From an uncultured Nitrospirales bacterium (GTDB lineage: Bacteria > Nitrospirota > Nitrospiria > Nitrospirales > NS-4): DNA of 63,371 nt. The position numbers and the translations under genes were made by a program. The notes beneath the pieces were generated by a model. It was given only the letters and a program-made list of their open reading frames with translations. It was not told the DNA's origin and did no database searches. Below, piece by piece: positions 15,317-24,952 of the stretch. The stretch covers positions 1 through 63,371 of the forward strand of contig CAZITU010000004.1 in assembly GCA_964542245.1 (NCBI GenBank). The letters are read 5' to 3'. Position 1 is the stretch's first letter. The number at the start of each line of letters is the position of its first letter.

Positions 15317-15634
15317 CTACGCGCCCGAGCGATGGCCGACTGCCACGACCACCCACTCACCTGACGTCCCCCCCGCATCGAACAGCGCCCACGGGGAGCC
15401 CCAGGTGTAGGTGAACTGGTGTTTGCCCGGAATCCGCGGAATCTCCACCGCGACGACCCACTGCGGCGAGGTCATGATGATCCAGTGGTCCCGCCGCTGG
15501 ATCTCGATGAGGCAATTGGTGTGGAGCAGAGCAAACGTCTGCTCCGGCGAGTAGAACACTGTACCCGTCACCGCACAGCCTTCCGGCATTGACGCTTTCA
15601 TAAGCCAAAGTGTGAAGAACATGCTCTCAAACAT
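15317..15634 (-). CDS. Hypothetical protein
   Basis: 105-aa ORF with AGGAGG upstream, no known motif. Confidence 0.55.
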   Translation of the reverse strand: MFESMFFTLWLMKASMPEGCAVTGTVFYSPEQTFALLHTNCLIEIQRRDHWIIMTSPQWVVAVEIPRIPGKHQFTYTWGSPWALFDAGGTSGEWVVVAVGHRSGA

Positions 15635-16092
15635 GGGGCCCTCCTGGGCTAGGGATGACCCGTATGCCGCAACCCTTTGGGGCCACGCGGCCCGAGGCCA
15701 CCCCTAACCTGTTGGAAGCCACGATCGTGTTGATGGCCTGCCTTGCTTGCACGGTTCGTCCTCCGACTCGTCTTCCCTGAGTATCGTTTGCAGAACCTAA
15801 TCCGGAGACTCATCAAATCCTGTGCCAGGCGCTACCGGGATCACGAGAACCGCCAGAACGCTTCTTTCTTAGGCCCTTACGAGTGCGCGCTCTTCCCTGA
15901 TCACGTGGTTTTCCAGGTTTGTATGAACGGCAGTTCCACCTGCAGGAAACGATTTGGCTAAGCTAAAAGTCGAATGCTCAACGCCACCGACGAAAGAGAA
16001 GCTACCGACAAGTGACGGAGCAAGGCATGGTAAGATGGTGCCCACGAGCAGCACGGCTAGGCGACAACACTCTGATGAAAGGAGCGAGGGTG

Positions 16093-16614
16093 ATGAAAGA
16101 GTTATGGTTTGTGGCCATGACGGGGGCGTTGGTAATGGGTGGCGCGGGGATCGGCAGGCTGGCCTATGCTGAGAAGCCCCTTCAGATCGCAGACGGCATG
16201 AAAGTGACCTTGGAATACACGTTGACGCTTCCGGACAAAACGGTCGCGGACAGCACCGCAGGCCAGGCGCCGTTCTCCTACATTCACGGCAATCACGAGA
16301 TCATCCCCGGCCTGGAGAAAGCGCTGGCGGGTCTGAAGCCCGGAGACAAAAAGCTCATCACGGTGCCGGCGGAACAGGCGTATGGCCTCTACGATGAAAA
16401 GAGGAAAGTGACGGTGCCGAAGGACAAAATGCCGCCGGAGGTGAAGGTGGGCACCAGGCTTCGCTCGCAAGACGGCCAGGAGGCCAAGGTGGCGGAGATC
16501 AAAGGCGACTCGGTGGTGGTGGACGTCAATCATCCCCTTGCCGGCAAAGACCTCACGTTCGACGTCAACATCCTCAAGGTGGAAAAGCCGCCGAAGCCGG
16601 CCCAAGAGAAATAG
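16093..16614 (+). CDS. Exported FKBP-type peptidyl-prolyl isomerase (SlyD-like)
   Basis: IIPGLEKAL, AEQAYG, VDVNHPLAGKDLTFDV, signal peptide. Confidence 0.93.
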   Translation: MKELWFVAMTGALVMGGAGIGRLAYAEKPLQIADGMKVTLEYTLTLPDKTVADSTAGQAPFSYIHGNHEIIPGLEKALAGLKPGDKKLITVPAEQAYGLYDEKRKVTVPKDKMPPEVKVGTRLRSQDGQEAKVAEIKGDSVVVDVNHPLAGKDLTFDVNILKVEKPPKPAQEK

Positions 16615-16619
16615 CTGCC

Positions 16620-17336
16620 ATGCCGGAGCGCTCCCCCCGAACCTCCACTCTCGATTTTATTGACGCGCTGGAGCGCGAGCTGAAGGCGCTACCCGTCCAC
16701 ACGAATCCCTTCTTTCAGGCCTTTCAACGGGGGATGACCCTCGAGCAAGTGAAGCGCTTCATCAGGCAGTGGTACATCTTCGGCATCCGGTTCCGGAAGA
16801 TTCTGATCGGCCTCCTGTGCAACGTCTCCGACCGGGATGAGGCCATCGGCCTGGAACTGATGCGGGTCCTGTATTCGGAGTACGGCGAAGGGGTCCGGGA
16901 GAACGTCCATGCCGCGCAGATGCTCCGGCTCGTGGACCGGCTGGGGATTGATCGCGGCTGTCTCGCCAAGGAACGGCTGTGCCCCGAAGCCCAGGACTAT
17001 ATTGACACCGTCGGCGAGATTTTCATGCGCGGGGACTTGCCGTCGGCGCTCGGCGCCTCCTTCGGCATCGAGACGACGGCCGGCCTCATGTATCGGTACA
17101 TCTACAGCGGCCTACTGACCTTTCCGGATCTCTCCCTGGAGGACATCCGGTTTTTTGAGACCCATCTGTTCGAGGAGCTGCACCACGGCGATTGGTTGCG
17201 GACCGCCCTGGCCGGCTATGCGGAGTTGGATGAACATCGAGACAAGATCCGAGCGGCCGCGCTCTTGGCCATGGAGAAATGGCACGGCCTCTGGGAGGGG
17301 ATGTGTCGCGTCGTGCTGAGTAGCACGCCGACTTAG
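16620..17336 (+). CDS. Heme-oxygenase-like diiron oxidase (TenA/PqqC/CADD fold)
   Basis: E-x9-H (SEYGEGVRENVH), GIE and H-x3-E-x2-H (HLFEELHH) metal-ligand pattern. Confidence 0.75.
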   Translation: MPERSPRTSTLDFIDALERELKALPVHTNPFFQAFQRGMTLEQVKRFIRQWYIFGIRFRKILIGLLCNVSDRDEAIGLELMRVLYSEYGEGVRENVHAAQMLRLVDRLGIDRGCLAKERLCPEAQDYIDTVGEIFMRGDLPSALGASFGIETTAGLMYRYIYSGLLTFPDLSLEDIRFFETHLFEELHHGDWLRTALAGYAELDEHRDKIRAAALLAMEKWHGLWEGMCRVVLSSTPT

Positions 17337-17351
17337 AGTGTTTGATTCTCG

Positions 17352-17723
17352 TCAGCGTCCCGATTCCTTCTCAATCAAGAAGGCGCTGAGGTAGGGCGCT
17401 GACAGCATCGCCGGGGAACGGCCCTTCAGCGGCGGCTCGAGCTCGAACCCGGCCTTGCCTCCGAGTTGCCAGATGAGCTTAGCGGCGAGTGACTCCGTGA
17501 CTTCACGTCCATCGGCACTATGGAGACAGAAGAGAATGGTCACGCTCAGGTTAGGCCGCAGTTGCTGTCGGAGCGACATCGCCACGCCGGTCCGGCTTAA
17601 GTTGCTGAGGCTTCCCCAGTAGGTCTTCCCGCCGCCGGTCACGCCCGCCCGAACCTGGAGCGTGTACCGCAGGTCCTGGCGTTGTTCACCGGACTTCGAT
17701 TCGTCGGACCTGTAAGGCGCCAT
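17352..17723 (-). CDS. Stand-alone PilZ domain protein, paralogue of 14941-15297
   Basis: RQDLR and NLSRTG motifs, alignable along most of its length with the 14941 protein. Confidence 0.85.
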   Translation of the reverse strand: MAPYRSDESKSGEQRQDLRYTLQVRAGVTGGGKTYWGSLSNLSRTGVAMSLRQQLRPNLSVTILFCLHSADGREVTESLAAKLIWQLGGKAGFELEPPLKGRSPAMLSAPYLSAFLIEKESGR

Positions 17724-17734
17724 AGGGTAATGAG

Positions 17735-18538
17735 CTAATCCGGCCGGAGCGACCGGCGCATGATGTCCTTGTCGAAGTAGTTGACGGACATCCCCGCGTC
17801 GAGGACGATCCCCTGGGCGTTGATCCCGGACGAGCGCGCGCTCAGGAGAAATGCCGCCGCGTTGGCCACTTCCTGCGTCGTCACCCCCTTTTTTCTCAGC
17901 GTGAGGCTTTCCGCGTAGAGGTAGTAGTCGGCGTAGTCGGGGATGCCGGCCGAGGCCGAGGTCTTGAGCAGGCCGGGATTGACCGAATTGAAGCGGACGT
18001 TGGAGACCGAACTGAAGGACTTGGCCAGGAAGCAGATCGTCGAGTCCAGCGCGGCCTTCACGGGACCCATGATGCCGTAGTTCTCAGCCGCCATCTTTGT
18101 GGTGGAGATGGAGACGGCCACGACGGAGGCGTCGGGCGCCAGGATGTTCTTGAAGGCGTTCGCGATCGCGATGAGGGAGTAACAGGAGATGTCTATGGAC
18201 TGAAGAAAGGCCTTCCGGGTCGTCTCGTGGAAGGGTTTGATCCCCCCGTCGTAGTCGAGAAAGGCGATGGAGTGGACCAGCCCGTGGATTGTCGGGTGGG
18301 CCTTCGTGATGTCGCGGGCCACGGCAAGGATTTCCTCGTCCCGAGCGACGTCGCACACGTGGATCTCCCCCTTGGGCAGGAGCTTTGCGACGCTGTCCTT
18401 GCGCTCCTTCGATCGGACCACATAGACGACCATCGCGCCCTCCGCCTCCAGCACCTGGCCGATCTGGTAGGCGACGCTCTTCTTGTTCGCCACGCCGAAG
18501 ACAACGATGGTCTTGCCTTCGAAGCCGAGAAAGCTCAC
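17735..18538 (-). CDS. fabI: Enoyl-ACP reductase
   Basis: [28 protein letters not shown] (YxxMxxxK). Confidence 0.88.
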   Translation of the reverse strand: MSFLGFEGKTIVVFGVANKKSVAYQIGQVLEAEGAMVVYVVRSKERKDSVAKLLPKGEIHVCDVARDEEILAVARDITKAHPTIHGLVHSIAFLDYDGGIKPFHETTRKAFLQSIDISCYSLIAIANAFKNILAPDASVVAVSISTTKMAAENYGIMGPVKAALDSTICFLAKSFSSVSNVRFNSVNPGLLKTSASAGIPDYADYYLYAESLTLRKKGVTTQEVANAAAFLLSARSSGINAQGIVLDAGMSVNYFDKDIMRRSLRPD

Positions 18539-19008
18539 GCCAGGCTCCTCATAGTTGGCTCATTGCTTATGGGGTCTCCAAGGGAAGCCATGGTCACGAC
18601 GAATTCCGTGCGCAACACGTTCCGGCCGTCCACGCTGACCGACCCTTTCATGATCAGCGCCCCCATGATCTCCTCCACGATCTCCGCTTCGATCACGAGC
18701 CTGGCGCCCGGGAAGACGGGCCTCCGGAACCGGGCGTTCTGAATCTTGCTGAGCACCGGCACTCGACCCGGATCCATCGGGCCTCGGCTGAACAGGAGGG
18801 CCGCCCCTGCCTGGAACACGCATTCACAGATCAGGACGCCAGGCATGATGGGCCGGCCGGGGAAATGTCCCGTCAAATAGGGTTCATCCGGACTGAGTGT
18901 CTTGACGGCCTTGATGTGCCGCTCGTCCCGTTCGAGGATTGCGTCAAGGAAAAGGAACGGGGGGCGGTGCGGAATTAGTCTAAGCACCTCGTCCCCGCCA
19001 GCCATCAT
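18535..19008 (-). CDS. fabZ: 3-hydroxyacyl-ACP dehydratase
   Basis: [12 protein letters not shown] and [15 protein letters not shown]. Confidence 0.9.
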   Translation of the reverse strand: MMAGGDEVLRLIPHRPPFLFLDAILERDERHIKAVKTLSPDEPYLTGHFPGRPIMPGVLICECVFQAGAALLFSRGPMDPGRVPVLSKIQNARFRRPVFPGARLVIEAEIVEEIMGALIMKGSVSVDGRNVLRTEFVVTMASLGDPISNEPTMRSLA

Positions 19009-19009
19009 C

Positions 19010-19762
19010 TTACAGGCCTCCGTCCACGGACAGGACCGACCCCGTAATGTAGCCGGCCTCGCGGGAGGCCAGGAAGAGCACGCAGTACGCGATGTCATCG
19101 GGCGTCCCGAAGCGTTTGAGCGGGATCGAGGCCAGGTAGTCCTTGCGGAGCTTCTCCGGCAGGTCCGCGACGAACTCCGTGTCGATGAAGCCGGGCGACA
19201 CGCAATTCACCGTGATCCCGCGCGAGGCCACTTCCTTCGACAGCGAGCGGGTCATCGCGATCTGGCCGGCCTTCGACGCCGAATAGTTCGCCTGGCCCTC
19301 GAATCCGAAGCGGCTCGCCGGCGATGTAATGGTGATGATGCGGCCGTAACGGTTGCCCATGAACCGATGCACGGCCAGCTTCGACATATAGAAGGTCCCC
19401 GTCAGGTTCACGTCCAGCACCTTCTGCCAGTCATCCGGCTTCATCATCGCCAGGACGGCGTCCTTGCGGATGCCGGAATTGTTGACCAGGACGGTGAAAT
19501 TCTTGTACTCCGCGTCGAGGTCCTTGTAGAACGCCTCGACCTGCGCATAGTCGGCGACGTCGAACTTGCGGACGTGGAGGCCCTGGGCGAGCGGGCCGAG
19601 AGCCGTGCGAAACTCCTCCGTCGCCGTGTCGTTGGCGGCGTAGGTGGCGACGACCGTCGCGCCCGCTTCCAGAAACCGCCTGGAGATGGCCCGGCCGATG
19701 CCGCGAGTGCCTCCCGTGACGACAACCGTTTGATCGCGGAAATCGTACGCGGCGCTACTCAT
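19010..19762 (-). CDS. fabG: 3-oxoacyl-ACP reductase
   Basis: [24 protein letters not shown]. Confidence 0.92.
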   Translation of the reverse strand: MSSAAYDFRDQTVVVTGGTRGIGRAISRRFLEAGATVVATYAANDTATEEFRTALGPLAQGLHVRKFDVADYAQVEAFYKDLDAEYKNFTVLVNNSGIRKDAVLAMMKPDDWQKVLDVNLTGTFYMSKLAVHRFMGNRYGRIITITSPASRFGFEGQANYSASKAGQIAMTRSLSKEVASRGITVNCVSPGFIDTEFVADLPEKLRKDYLASIPLKRFGTPDDIAYCVLFLASREAGYITGSVLSVDGGL

Positions 19763-21281
19763 GCGCAACAATGACCTCCCTCTCCCCCGCCGGGAGAGGG
19801 ACGGGTGAGGGAGATGTAGCGAATCGGTCCAGCAGGTTCTCTTGCGTGTGCATAAACGAAGTGGCCGCCGCATTCTGCCTGAGGTGCTTGTCGATCTCGT
19901 TGGCCACGATGACGCCGTAGTTGATGGCACCCAGCCAGCCGGACATGATGATGCCGACGGAGCCGGCGTGAAAGAGACCGCCGATCTGATTGGGCAGGTT
20001 CTGGCTGATCTTCAAGCCCTCGAACTTCGTGCCGAACGACGCACCGGCCATATGCCGGGTATAGTACTCGAAAGTCCGCGGGGTGGACGCTTCCAGATGA
20101 TCAATCTTAGCGGTGACGCCGGGGAGGTACTTCTCGAGGGTCTCCACCACGCCCCGGATGAGTTTGTCTTTCTCCCGCTTGTACGCCTCCTCCGAGAGGC
20201 TCGCCCAATCTTCGTAGTTGGCATTCGTCGAACAGACAATGGAGTACCGATCCGATCCCGGCCGCGTGTCCGGGTAGTAGAAGGAATAGGTGCGGCTGGT
20301 CACCTCCATGGCGTTCAGGGCATTGGAATCAAACACCGGGTGGGTGGAGGTGAAGAACAAATCCCCGATGTAGGGAATGGACTCGCCCTTGCGGATACCC
20401 ATGTAGACCTGACAACTGCTGCTGTTGAGGCGGACGGCGTTGGCCTCCGTAAGAAAGTCGGGGGCGAAGTGTTCGTCCCCCACCAGTTTGTGGATGGTGG
20501 ACCTGAGATTGGCGTTCGACAGGACGGCCTTCGCATGGATCGTCCGGCCGTTGCAGAGCACGCCGGCCACGCGGCCCCGCTCGACGAGCACTTTTTCCAC
20601 CAGCGCGTGGTGACGCAGGTCCACCTTGTTGGCCTTGAGCGTCGCCTTCATCTTCATGATGAGCTTGTCCGTGCCTCCCTGGAAGGTATAGACGCCCTTG
20701 CTCATGAAGTTGGAGAAGACGATGCCGAACGTGATGGCCGGGTCGTCCAGCGTGGACCCGTTGGCGTAGGCGATGGGCTCCATCAGCAGGCGCCAGACGT
20801 CCGGGCGGCCCGGGAAGTACATCTGGAACAGCTCCCGGGTCGTCATGGCCTGGCCGTCGTAAAAGTTCATGCCGCGGGTGAATTTGAAAAACGCCTCGAC
20901 GGTCTCCTCTGGAATCTTGAAGTCATTGACCAGCTTGTCCGTGAAGTCTTTTTTATCGAAGGTCGTCGTGAAAGAGAATTGGGGGTTGTCGAAGCGAATC
21001 CCCTTGAGTTGGACTATGGACTCGGCAATGTCGGCCGACCAGTACTTGCGGCACGTCTTCACCATGCCGACCGGGAATCCGTGAAGGGAGATGTCAAAGA
21101 TGTGCCCGCCTTTTCGCTTGAACCACGTGGCCATGCCGCCGAAGTTGTAGTGGTGTTCCAGGAGCAGGACCGAATACCCGCAGGTCGCCAATCGGTTGGC
21201 GGCCGTCAGCCCGGCCAGCCCCGAGCCGATGATGATGGCGTCGTACTCGGGCTTGACGTCTCTGAGCCAGTCTTGGGCCAT
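19755..21281 (-). CDS. Phytoene-desaturase-like FAD oxidoreductase (second copy)
   Basis: IIGSGLAGL Rossmann motif, [27 protein letters not shown]-terminus extended through a palindromic repeat. Confidence 0.85.
   Translation of the reverse strand: MAQDWLRDVKPEYDAIIIGSGLAGLTAANRLATCGYSVLLLEHHYNFGGMATWFKRKGGHIFDISLHGFPVGMVKTCRKYWSADIAESIVQLKGIRFDNPQFSFTTTFDKKDFTDKLVNDFKIPEETVEAFFKFTRGMNFYDGQAMTTRELFQMYFPGRPDVWRLLMEPIAYANGSTLDDPAITFGIVFSNFMSKGVYTFQGGTDKLIMKMKATLKANKVDLRHHALVEKVLVERGRVAGVLCNGRTIHAKAVLSNANLRSTIHKLVGDEHFAPDFLTEANAVRLNSSSCQVYMGIRKGESIPYIGDLFFTSTHPVFDSNALNAMEVTSRTYSFYYPDTRPGSDRYSIVCSTNANYEDWASLSEEAYKREKDKLIRGVVETLEKYLPGVTAKIDHLEASTPRTFEYYTRHMAGASFGTKFEGLKISQNLPNQIGGLFHAGSVGIIMSGWLGAINYGVIVANEIDKHLRQNAAATSFMHTQENLLDRFATSPSPVPLPAGEREVIVAHE
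19778..19811. repeat. REP-like palindrome A (inside CDS 3' end)
   Basis: CCCTCTCCC-ccgcc-GGGAGAGGG-acGGGTGAGGG. Confidence 0.8.
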
Positions 21282-22675
21282 TACGCCTTCTTCAGCACGT
21301 GAAGGTTGGCCATCGAAATGCCGCTCAACATGGAACCCACGATGCCGAGAAACCCTTGGTCGTTGCCGCAAATGAACAGATTGTCCAGGTGCGTCCGCCC
21401 CGTCTTGAGCTTATGCGGCGCCCCGTACACCGCCCCGTTCAGGTGACCGGTCCACTGTTTGATGGTCCGCGGGGTGAAGAAGTCCGTGAACATGACATGG
21501 CCCCGGAAGTCGGGAACGAATTTTAGCACTTCTTGGTGGATCCTCGGAAGCCACTCCCCCTTGGCCTGCACGTACGCCGGCTCGTCAAGGGCAGTCCAGC
21601 GGTCGAAGTTGGCCAGGCAGGTGATCCGGATCATGCTCTGGGGCAGGGGTTCATCGAAGAGGAAGTTGTTGGGACAGCAGATGACCCCCGTCCTGGGATC
21701 CACCAGATCTTTGGGGTTTTCGTAGTGGAACGTCATGCCGGTGTTGAAAAACACGTTCGTGGTGTCATGGCCGAGCGTTTTCATCTCCCGGTCCAAGATG
21801 GAGATGATCTCCACGAACGACAACCGGCCTTCCAAGTGGGCCAGCTTCTCCGGATCACAATCGGTGCAGAGGCGCATCGTTTCGACGTAACCGGCAGACG
21901 AAACGACGGTATCGGCGGTGAGCATCTCCCCGTTGTCGAGTTCCACGGACCGGACCCGCCCTCCCGCCGCGTGCAAGGCCCGGACCCCGCACTTCATCCG
22001 GACATTGCCGCCGACCTCCCGCAGCTTTCTCCGCAGGACCGTAATGATGCGCCGGACCCCTTCCCAGGGCCGGGCCAGGCCCTCGCAGAGGATGCTTTTG
22101 AACATCACCGCGAACTGCCCGAACTCCATATCGTGCTCTTCGGCGTTGCCGTAAATCATCAAGGGGCAGAAGATCATGTCGGCGAGCAAGGGATCGGTCA
22201 GGAAGCGCGACACGACCTGCCGCCCCGACAGGGGTTTCGCATTCAGATCCAACTCATCATAGTCCTTGATGTAGCGCACCAACCGGATAAAATTGTCCTT
22301 CTGGGCGGGGAAGTTCTCAATGACCTCCTGAACGAAGAAGTCGAAGTCGTTGTTGAAGCGAAGCGTCTTTCCCGGGAACCGCACCTCGGACTGATGTTGG
22401 GGGACGAGCCCGAAATCATCCGGCGTCAGCCGTAATTGCCTGTAGAGCTTGGTGAGGGGCGCGCCGCGGGTGCCCGGAGGCACGTAGTTGGTCACGGCGT
22501 GGAGGCCAACGTCGAAATTGTAGCCCCCCAGAGAGTAAAAGGAATTCAGGCCCCCGGCAGTGTAGTGACGCTCTAAGACACAGACCTTTTTGTCGAAGTA
22601 GGCGAGCCGAATCGCCGCCGCCAGACCGGACATGCCGGCGCCGATGATAATGACGTCATAGCGGGTCGAAGGCAT
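21281..22675 (-). CDS. Phytoene-desaturase-like FAD oxidoreductase (first copy)
   Basis: [35 protein letters not shown]. Confidence 0.85.
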   Translation of the reverse strand: MPSTRYDVIIIGAGMSGLAAAIRLAYFDKKVCVLERHYTAGGLNSFYSLGGYNFDVGLHAVTNYVPPGTRGAPLTKLYRQLRLTPDDFGLVPQHQSEVRFPGKTLRFNNDFDFFVQEVIENFPAQKDNFIRLVRYIKDYDELDLNAKPLSGRQVVSRFLTDPLLADMIFCPLMIYGNAEEHDMEFGQFAVMFKSILCEGLARPWEGVRRIITVLRRKLREVGGNVRMKCGVRALHAAGGRVRSVELDNGEMLTADTVVSSAGYVETMRLCTDCDPEKLAHLEGRLSFVEIISILDREMKTLGHDTTNVFFNTGMTFHYENPKDLVDPRTGVICCPNNFLFDEPLPQSMIRITCLANFDRWTALDEPAYVQAKGEWLPRIHQEVLKFVPDFRGHVMFTDFFTPRTIKQWTGHLNGAVYGAPHKLKTGRTHLDNLFICGNDQGFLGIVGSMLSGISMANLHVLKKA

Positions 22676-22750
22676 GGGAATAGATGAGCGTCGGTACGGG
22701 GGAAACGGTATCAGTCCGACGGGGGGGCTGTCAAAGGCTTTAAGGCTGAA

Positions 22751-23002
22751 TCACCGGTCTTTGAGCTTGGGCGCGAGGTAGGCTACGCAACTATCCAGGC
22801 TGGCCAGTTGCCCGTACTCGGCTTCCGGAACTTCTACGTTGTAACGCTTACGCAGCTCCATTACGATATCGAGAAAGTCCATGGAGTCCAGCTCAAGCTG
22901 TTCCCGGAGCGCCACGTCGCTTTTGAGATGGGTCAGGTCCTCATCAGGCGCGATCACGCTGATGATCTGGAGGACGGCATTCTTGATCTGATCGTTCGTC
23001 AT
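22751..23002 (-). CDS. Acyl carrier protein
   Basis: LDSMDFL phosphopantetheine Ser motif, 83 aa, acidic. Confidence 0.95.
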   Translation of the reverse strand: MTNDQIKNAVLQIISVIAPDEDLTHLKSDVALREQLELDSMDFLDIVMELRKRYNVEVPEAEYGQLASLDSCVAYLAPKLKDR

Positions 23003-23058
23003 GTGGAGGCTTCCCCGGATGGCCTGGCGGTCGCAATCGGCCTAAGAAAATACACGAT

Positions 23059-24291
23059 TTACACCTGTTTTACAACCACCACGGAATTGATGCCCAGCAT
23101 TCCCGAAGAATTATTAAGGATATAGTGGATGGAGGGCACCTTCACCGGCGAATTGAGGACCAAATTCGGGAGGACGCATTGGGTGTCCAAGTGGTCCACG
23201 TTGATGGTCGGGTGGACGAAGCCGTCCTCGAAGGCCGGAAGATTCCCGGCCAGTTCCAAGGCTCCCGCCGCACCCATCGCGTGCCCTATGAAGCTTTTCG
23301 TGTTGTTGAAATACGTCCTGGGGCAGTCGGCGAACACGGCTCGCAGCGCCTGGCACTCCTGGATATCACCGAGGTTCGTCGCGGTCGCGTGGGTGCTGAC
23401 GATGCCGATGTCCTGAGGACCGATTCCCGCTTTCTTGAGGGCCGCCTGCATGCACTCGATCTGGCGCTGAGGGTTTGGGAGGACGAAATCCGACGCGTCG
23501 GAGTTCATGTGGGAGCCGACGATCTCCCCATAGACCCTGGCGCCGCGGGCCTCGGCATGGTCCAGACGCTCCAGGACGAACACGCACCCGCCTTCCGAGC
23601 ACACAATGCCGTTCCGGTCACGGTCGAAGGGCCGGCAGGCCTTGGTGGGGTCGGAATGAGTCGCCAGCGCATTCTGGCTGGCGAAGCTGGCGAAGATGCC
23701 GAACGTGTGGATGCTCTCCGAGATCCCCCCGGCCAGGGCCATGTCCACCTCGCCCAGCAGCAGCATCTGGACGCCCTGAATGAGGCCGGCATTGCCGGCC
23801 GCGCAGGCGGCGCCGATGGTGTAATGTGGGCCGGTGATGCCCATGTTCAGCGTGACCTCGCCCGCCGGGGAATTGGCGACCGTCCGGGGATTATGATGGT
23901 GGGACCAGAACTTGGTGTCGTAGTTGAACTGGCTGAGGTTGTAGATCTCGTTTTCGGTCTCCACATTGCCGTGCTCGGTCACGCCCAAGTAGACGCCGAT
24001 CCGGCTCTTATCCAGGGACATGAAGTCGAGCTTCGAGTCGCCCATCGCCTCCTGCGAGCAGTAGATGGCGATGGACCCGGCTCGCGTGCCGCGCCGGACT
24101 TCCTTCTTCAACTGATACTTGAGCGCGTCATAGTTGCAGACGCCTGCGAGCACTTTCCCCATGTAGCGGGTCTCGAACCAGACGACCCCCGAGATCCCTT
24201 TCAGGAGGTTCGCCCGAAACTCGGCGAGGGTATTGCCGTTGGGCGAGGTGAGCCCGATGCCCGTGATGACGATGCGGCGGTGGTTATTCAT
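23059..24291 (-). CDS. fabF: Beta-ketoacyl-ACP synthase (KAS II type)
   Basis: Catalytic Cys-His-His in GAACAAG, HATAT and KSFIGHAMGAAG. AAGGAG RBS. Confidence 0.9.
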   Translation of the reverse strand: MNNHRRIVITGIGLTSPNGNTLAEFRANLLKGISGVVWFETRYMGKVLAGVCNYDALKYQLKKEVRRGTRAGSIAIYCSQEAMGDSKLDFMSLDKSRIGVYLGVTEHGNVETENEIYNLSQFNYDTKFWSHHHNPRTVANSPAGEVTLNMGITGPHYTIGAACAAGNAGLIQGVQMLLLGEVDMALAGGISESIHTFGIFASFASQNALATHSDPTKACRPFDRDRNGIVCSEGGCVFVLERLDHAEARGARVYGEIVGSHMNSDASDFVLPNPQRQIECMQAALKKAGIGPQDIGIVSTHATATNLGDIQECQALRAVFADCPRTYFNNTKSFIGHAMGAAGALELAGNLPAFEDGFVHPTINVDHLDTQCVLPNLVLNSPVKVPSIHYILNNSSGMLGINSVVVVKQV

Positions 24292-24301
24292 CGTCTCCTT
24301 T

Positions 24302-24381
24302 CCCTCGCCCTTTTAGGGAGAGGGTGGGGGTGAGGGTGCCCTCTGAGATTCCCTCGCCCTGGAGGGAGAGGGAGTCAATTT
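24302..24381. repeat. Two REP-like palindromes (B1 24302-24336, B2 24351-24381)
   Basis: CCCTCGCCC-tttta-GGGAGAGGG-tGGGGGTGAGGG and CCCTCGCCC-tgga-GGGAGAGGG-agtcaattt. Confidence 0.8.
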
Positions 24382-24395
24382 AATGCCGCGCGATG

Positions 24396-24647
24396 TCAGG
24401 CGCTGCGCTGCCGCTTGACGACCTGGCGACGCTGATGACGCAGCACCGGCGCAAGGGCGCGCAGTGCCTCGTTTACAGTCGCACCATCCGGGAACACGTC
24501 GAGACCTCCGGGATCCACGACAACGACGTTTGCGCCCTGGGCGTACCTCGCTGCAGTGATCCCGCGAACTGCCCGGCTGAAGTCGTACGAAGGCCGCATC
24601 GTGTCACGATCGGCCGGCTTGCGTCTAGTTCTACCCTTCTTCTTCAT
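24396..24647 (-). CDS. Probable antitoxin paired with BrnT-family toxin
   Basis: MKKKG...MRPSYDFS...VFPDGATVNEALRAL. Start overlaps the reconstructed toxin 3' end. Confidence 0.7.
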   Translation of the reverse strand: MKKKGRTRRKPADRDTMRPSYDFSRAVRGITAARYAQGANVVVVDPGGLDVFPDGATVNEALRALAPVLRHQRRQVVKRQRSA

Positions 24648-24925
24648 AACGTCTCCGTTCCGGACGGCTCCCACAGCGCGCCGAAATTAAACGCGTTCGC
24701 GGCGGCCGTTCAGCAAAGGCTACCACGAGAAGTCGACGACGATTGGATATGCCCAGTGGATATGCCCAGGAGCAGGTACCGCTGTTCCTCCGCTGAATGG
24801 TCGGGGTCGTGCATCAGCAACGAGAGGGGGTCGCCGAATACCGTGGACGCCTCGTCAAACGTGACGCCGTGCTTTCGCGCATTCGACTCAGCCTTCTCCG
24901 CGTCCCATTCAAACTCATAGCCCAA
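24631..24925 (-). pseudogene. brnT: BrnT-family toxin frameshifted by a 13-bp tandem duplication
   Basis: FEWDAEKAESNARKHGVTFDEASTVFGDP N-terminus. TGGATATGCCCAG occurs twice at 24744-24769. Removing one copy restores a 93-aa ORF ending ...LLVVAFAERPPRTRLISAR...RRYEEEG. Confidence 0.85.
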
Positions 24926-24952
24926 GGCACCCTCCCCCAATAAGCATTGTCA

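Noticed and set aside
15635-16092. ORFs 15743-15961 and 15869-16054, and a TCTTCCCTGA 10-mer repeated about 120 bp apart
   Set aside because: No RBS or family motif. The HVIREE hemerythrin-like look does not continue past the stop, and a single 10-mer repeat is not significant alone.
19755-22675. Carotenoid biosynthesis (crtI)
   Set aside because: No crtB/crtE or squalene synthase nearby, and the genes are translationally coupled to fab genes, so the crtI symbol was withheld.
17735-24291. Ladderane-type biosynthetic cluster
   Set aside because: Anammox candidate clusters also pair FAS II genes with phytoene-desaturase-like enzymes, but they include radical-SAM/B12 enzymes. No CxxxCxxC protein is present here.
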